Assembly (NCBI GenBank): GCA_963709635.1
Contig: CAVPXA010000026.1
Coordinates: forward strand, 4,843-68,842
Direction: 5' to 3'
Source of the DNA: an uncultured Thermoleophilia bacterium
Lineage (GTDB): Bacteria > Actinomycetota > Thermoleophilia > UBA2241
DNA length: 64,000 nt
Part shown: positions 62,723 to 64,000 of the stretch, one piece after another
Position numbering within the stretch: the stretch's first letter is position 1
Layout of the letters: every line of letters starts with the position of its first letter
Position numbers and translations under genes: made by a program
Notes under the pieces: model-generated
The model's input: the letters and a program-made list of their open reading frames with translations, nothing else
Database searches by the model: none
What the model was told of the DNA's origin: nothing

Positions 62723-63259
62723 ATGACCGAGCGGGATGAGCTGATCGAGCGCGGGCTGGCGGCCGGCGCGGGCGCCGCGACGCTGCTGCGGCCGGAACAG
62801 GTGGTCACCGCGGAGTGGGTGCGCTGGAAGTGCCTGTACGGGTGTCCGGAGGCGGGTCGCTGCGTGACCTGCCCGCCGCACTCGCCGGCGCCGGAGCAGA
62901 CGCGGCGACTGCTCGAAGAGTACGAGACCATCCTGTTCCTGCGCTTCGACGTCCGGCCCGACGCCGCCGAGTGGACCCGGCCGGCGGCGTGGGTGCTTGA
63001 GCGCGTGCTGCGCCTGGAGCGCGAGCTGTTCCTGGGCGGCCGGCACAAGGCGTTCGCGATCGTCGGCGGCCGCTCGTGCGACCGTGAGAAGGTCTGCGGC
63101 TCGCCGGAGGCGTGCGCGAGCCGCGGCCGGCTGCGGCCAGGCCCGGCGGGCTGCGGCATCGACATCTTCTCCACGAGCGCTAGCGCCGGCTGGCCGCTGC
63201 AAGTGGTAGCGGCGGAGGGGGAGCCGTATCATCGCTACGCGCTCCTGCTCGTCGAGTGA
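62723..63259 (+). CDS. DUF2284 family Cys-rich metal-binding protein
   Basis: WVRWKCLYGC...CPPH, GIDIFST; GGAGG RBS. Confidence 0.8.
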   Translation: MTERDELIERGLAAGAGAATLLRPEQVVTAEWVRWKCLYGCPEAGRCVTCPPHSPAPEQTRRLLEEYETILFLRFDVRPDAAEWTRPAAWVLERVLRLERELFLGGRHKAFAIVGGRSCDREKVCGSPEACASRGRLRPGPAGCGIDIFSTSASAGWPLQVVAAEGEPYHRYALLLVE

Positions 63260-63346
63260 GGGGGGCGGCTCGGCGAGAGCGCGCCGGGGCGAGCGACCGT
63301 GATGCCAGTTGACGAACCGTGACACCAGCGGACGAAGGTTGAGGAC

Positions 63347-64000
63347 ATGACTCCGATCGAGCAGATCCAGCAGCAGCACGGCATCATCGGCCGCGAGGGC
63401 GAGCTGGCCACCGCGCTCGCCGTGCTGGGCGCCGGTCGCCATCTGCTGCTCGAAGGCCCGGTGGGCGTGGGCAAGACGACCGTGGCGCTGGCCGTGTGCG
63501 GGCACCTCGGGCGCGACACCGTGCGCGTGGACGGCGACGACCGGTACTCGGAGAGCAAGCTGACCGGCTGGTTCGACCCGCCGCTGGTGCTCAAGCAGGG
63601 CTACGGGGAAGAGGCGTTCTTCGCCGGGCCGCTGGTCGAGGCGATGCGGGACGGCAAGGTGCTGTTCATCAACGAGCTCAACCGGATGCCGGAGAGCGTG
63701 CAGAACGTCCTGCTCCCGGCGCTGGACGAGCGGCTGCTGCAGCTGCCGCACATCGGGGAGATCCGGGCCGCAGGCGGGTTCCAGGTGGTGGCGACGCAGA
63801 ATCCCGTGGAGTACGTCGCCACCGGCCACCTCTCCGAGGCGCTGCGTGACCGGTTCGAGCACCTCGCGCTGCTGTATCAGGGGGCGGAAGAGGAAGCGGC
63901 GATCGTGGTCGCCGAGACCGGCTCGGACGACGCCGCACTGGTGCAGACGGCCGTGCGGCTCACGCGGGCGACGCGGCTGCACCCGCGCTTTCGCAAAGGC
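63347..64000 (+). CDS. MoxR-type AAA+ ATPase, paralog of 60649 (3'-truncated by window edge)
   Basis: MTPIEQIQQQHGIIGREGEL, GPVGVGKTT, FINELNR, ATQNP, LSEALRDRF. Confidence 0.9.
   Translation, partial: MTPIEQIQQQHGIIGREGELATALAVLGAGRHLLLEGPVGVGKTTVALAVCGHLGRDTVRVDGDDRYSESKLTGWFDPPLVLKQGYGEEAFFAGPLVEAMRDGKVLFINELNRMPESVQNVLLPALDERLLQLPHIGEIRAAGGFQVVATQNPVEYVATGHLSEALRDRFEHLALLYQGAEEEAAIVVAETGSDDAALVQTAVRLTRATRLHPRFRKG

Overview
Very GC-rich bacterial chromosomal window, most likely an anaerobic Actinomycetota (Thermoleophilia-like; inferred from GC content, leaderless-type promoters and gene order). Many single-base frameshifts hit housekeeping genes (leuS, lepA, murJ, hemW, prmA), which points to long-read indel errors rather than decay. 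1-32 kb is mostly conserved backbone: leuS, comEA-comEC, ABC exporter, holA, rpsT, GH3, murJ, lepA-GNAT-hemW-hrcA-dnaJ-prmA-mtaB-HIT-yqeY-phoH-ybeY-dgkA-cdd-era-deoC-hisI and envelope genes. An accessory region follows tRNA-Leu(CAA). Its main novelty is a dlt-like envelope acylation operon: Fe-S flavoprotein, ACP, a stand-alone DltX-like micro-protein ending FRYVGF, a non-DltA adenylating enzyme, an MBOAT and three paralogous DltD/SGNH-like proteins. Further on are an altered mazEF pair, two GAF-GGDEF cyclases, three MoxR AAA+ genes (with vWA partners for two of them), and a pyrogallol:phloroglucinol transhydroxylase (athL/bthL) molybdoenzyme operon, which is unexpected in this lineage. Several unexplained structured non-coding elements are also present. 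Family calls come from recognised motifs and recalled sequences; no database searches were run.
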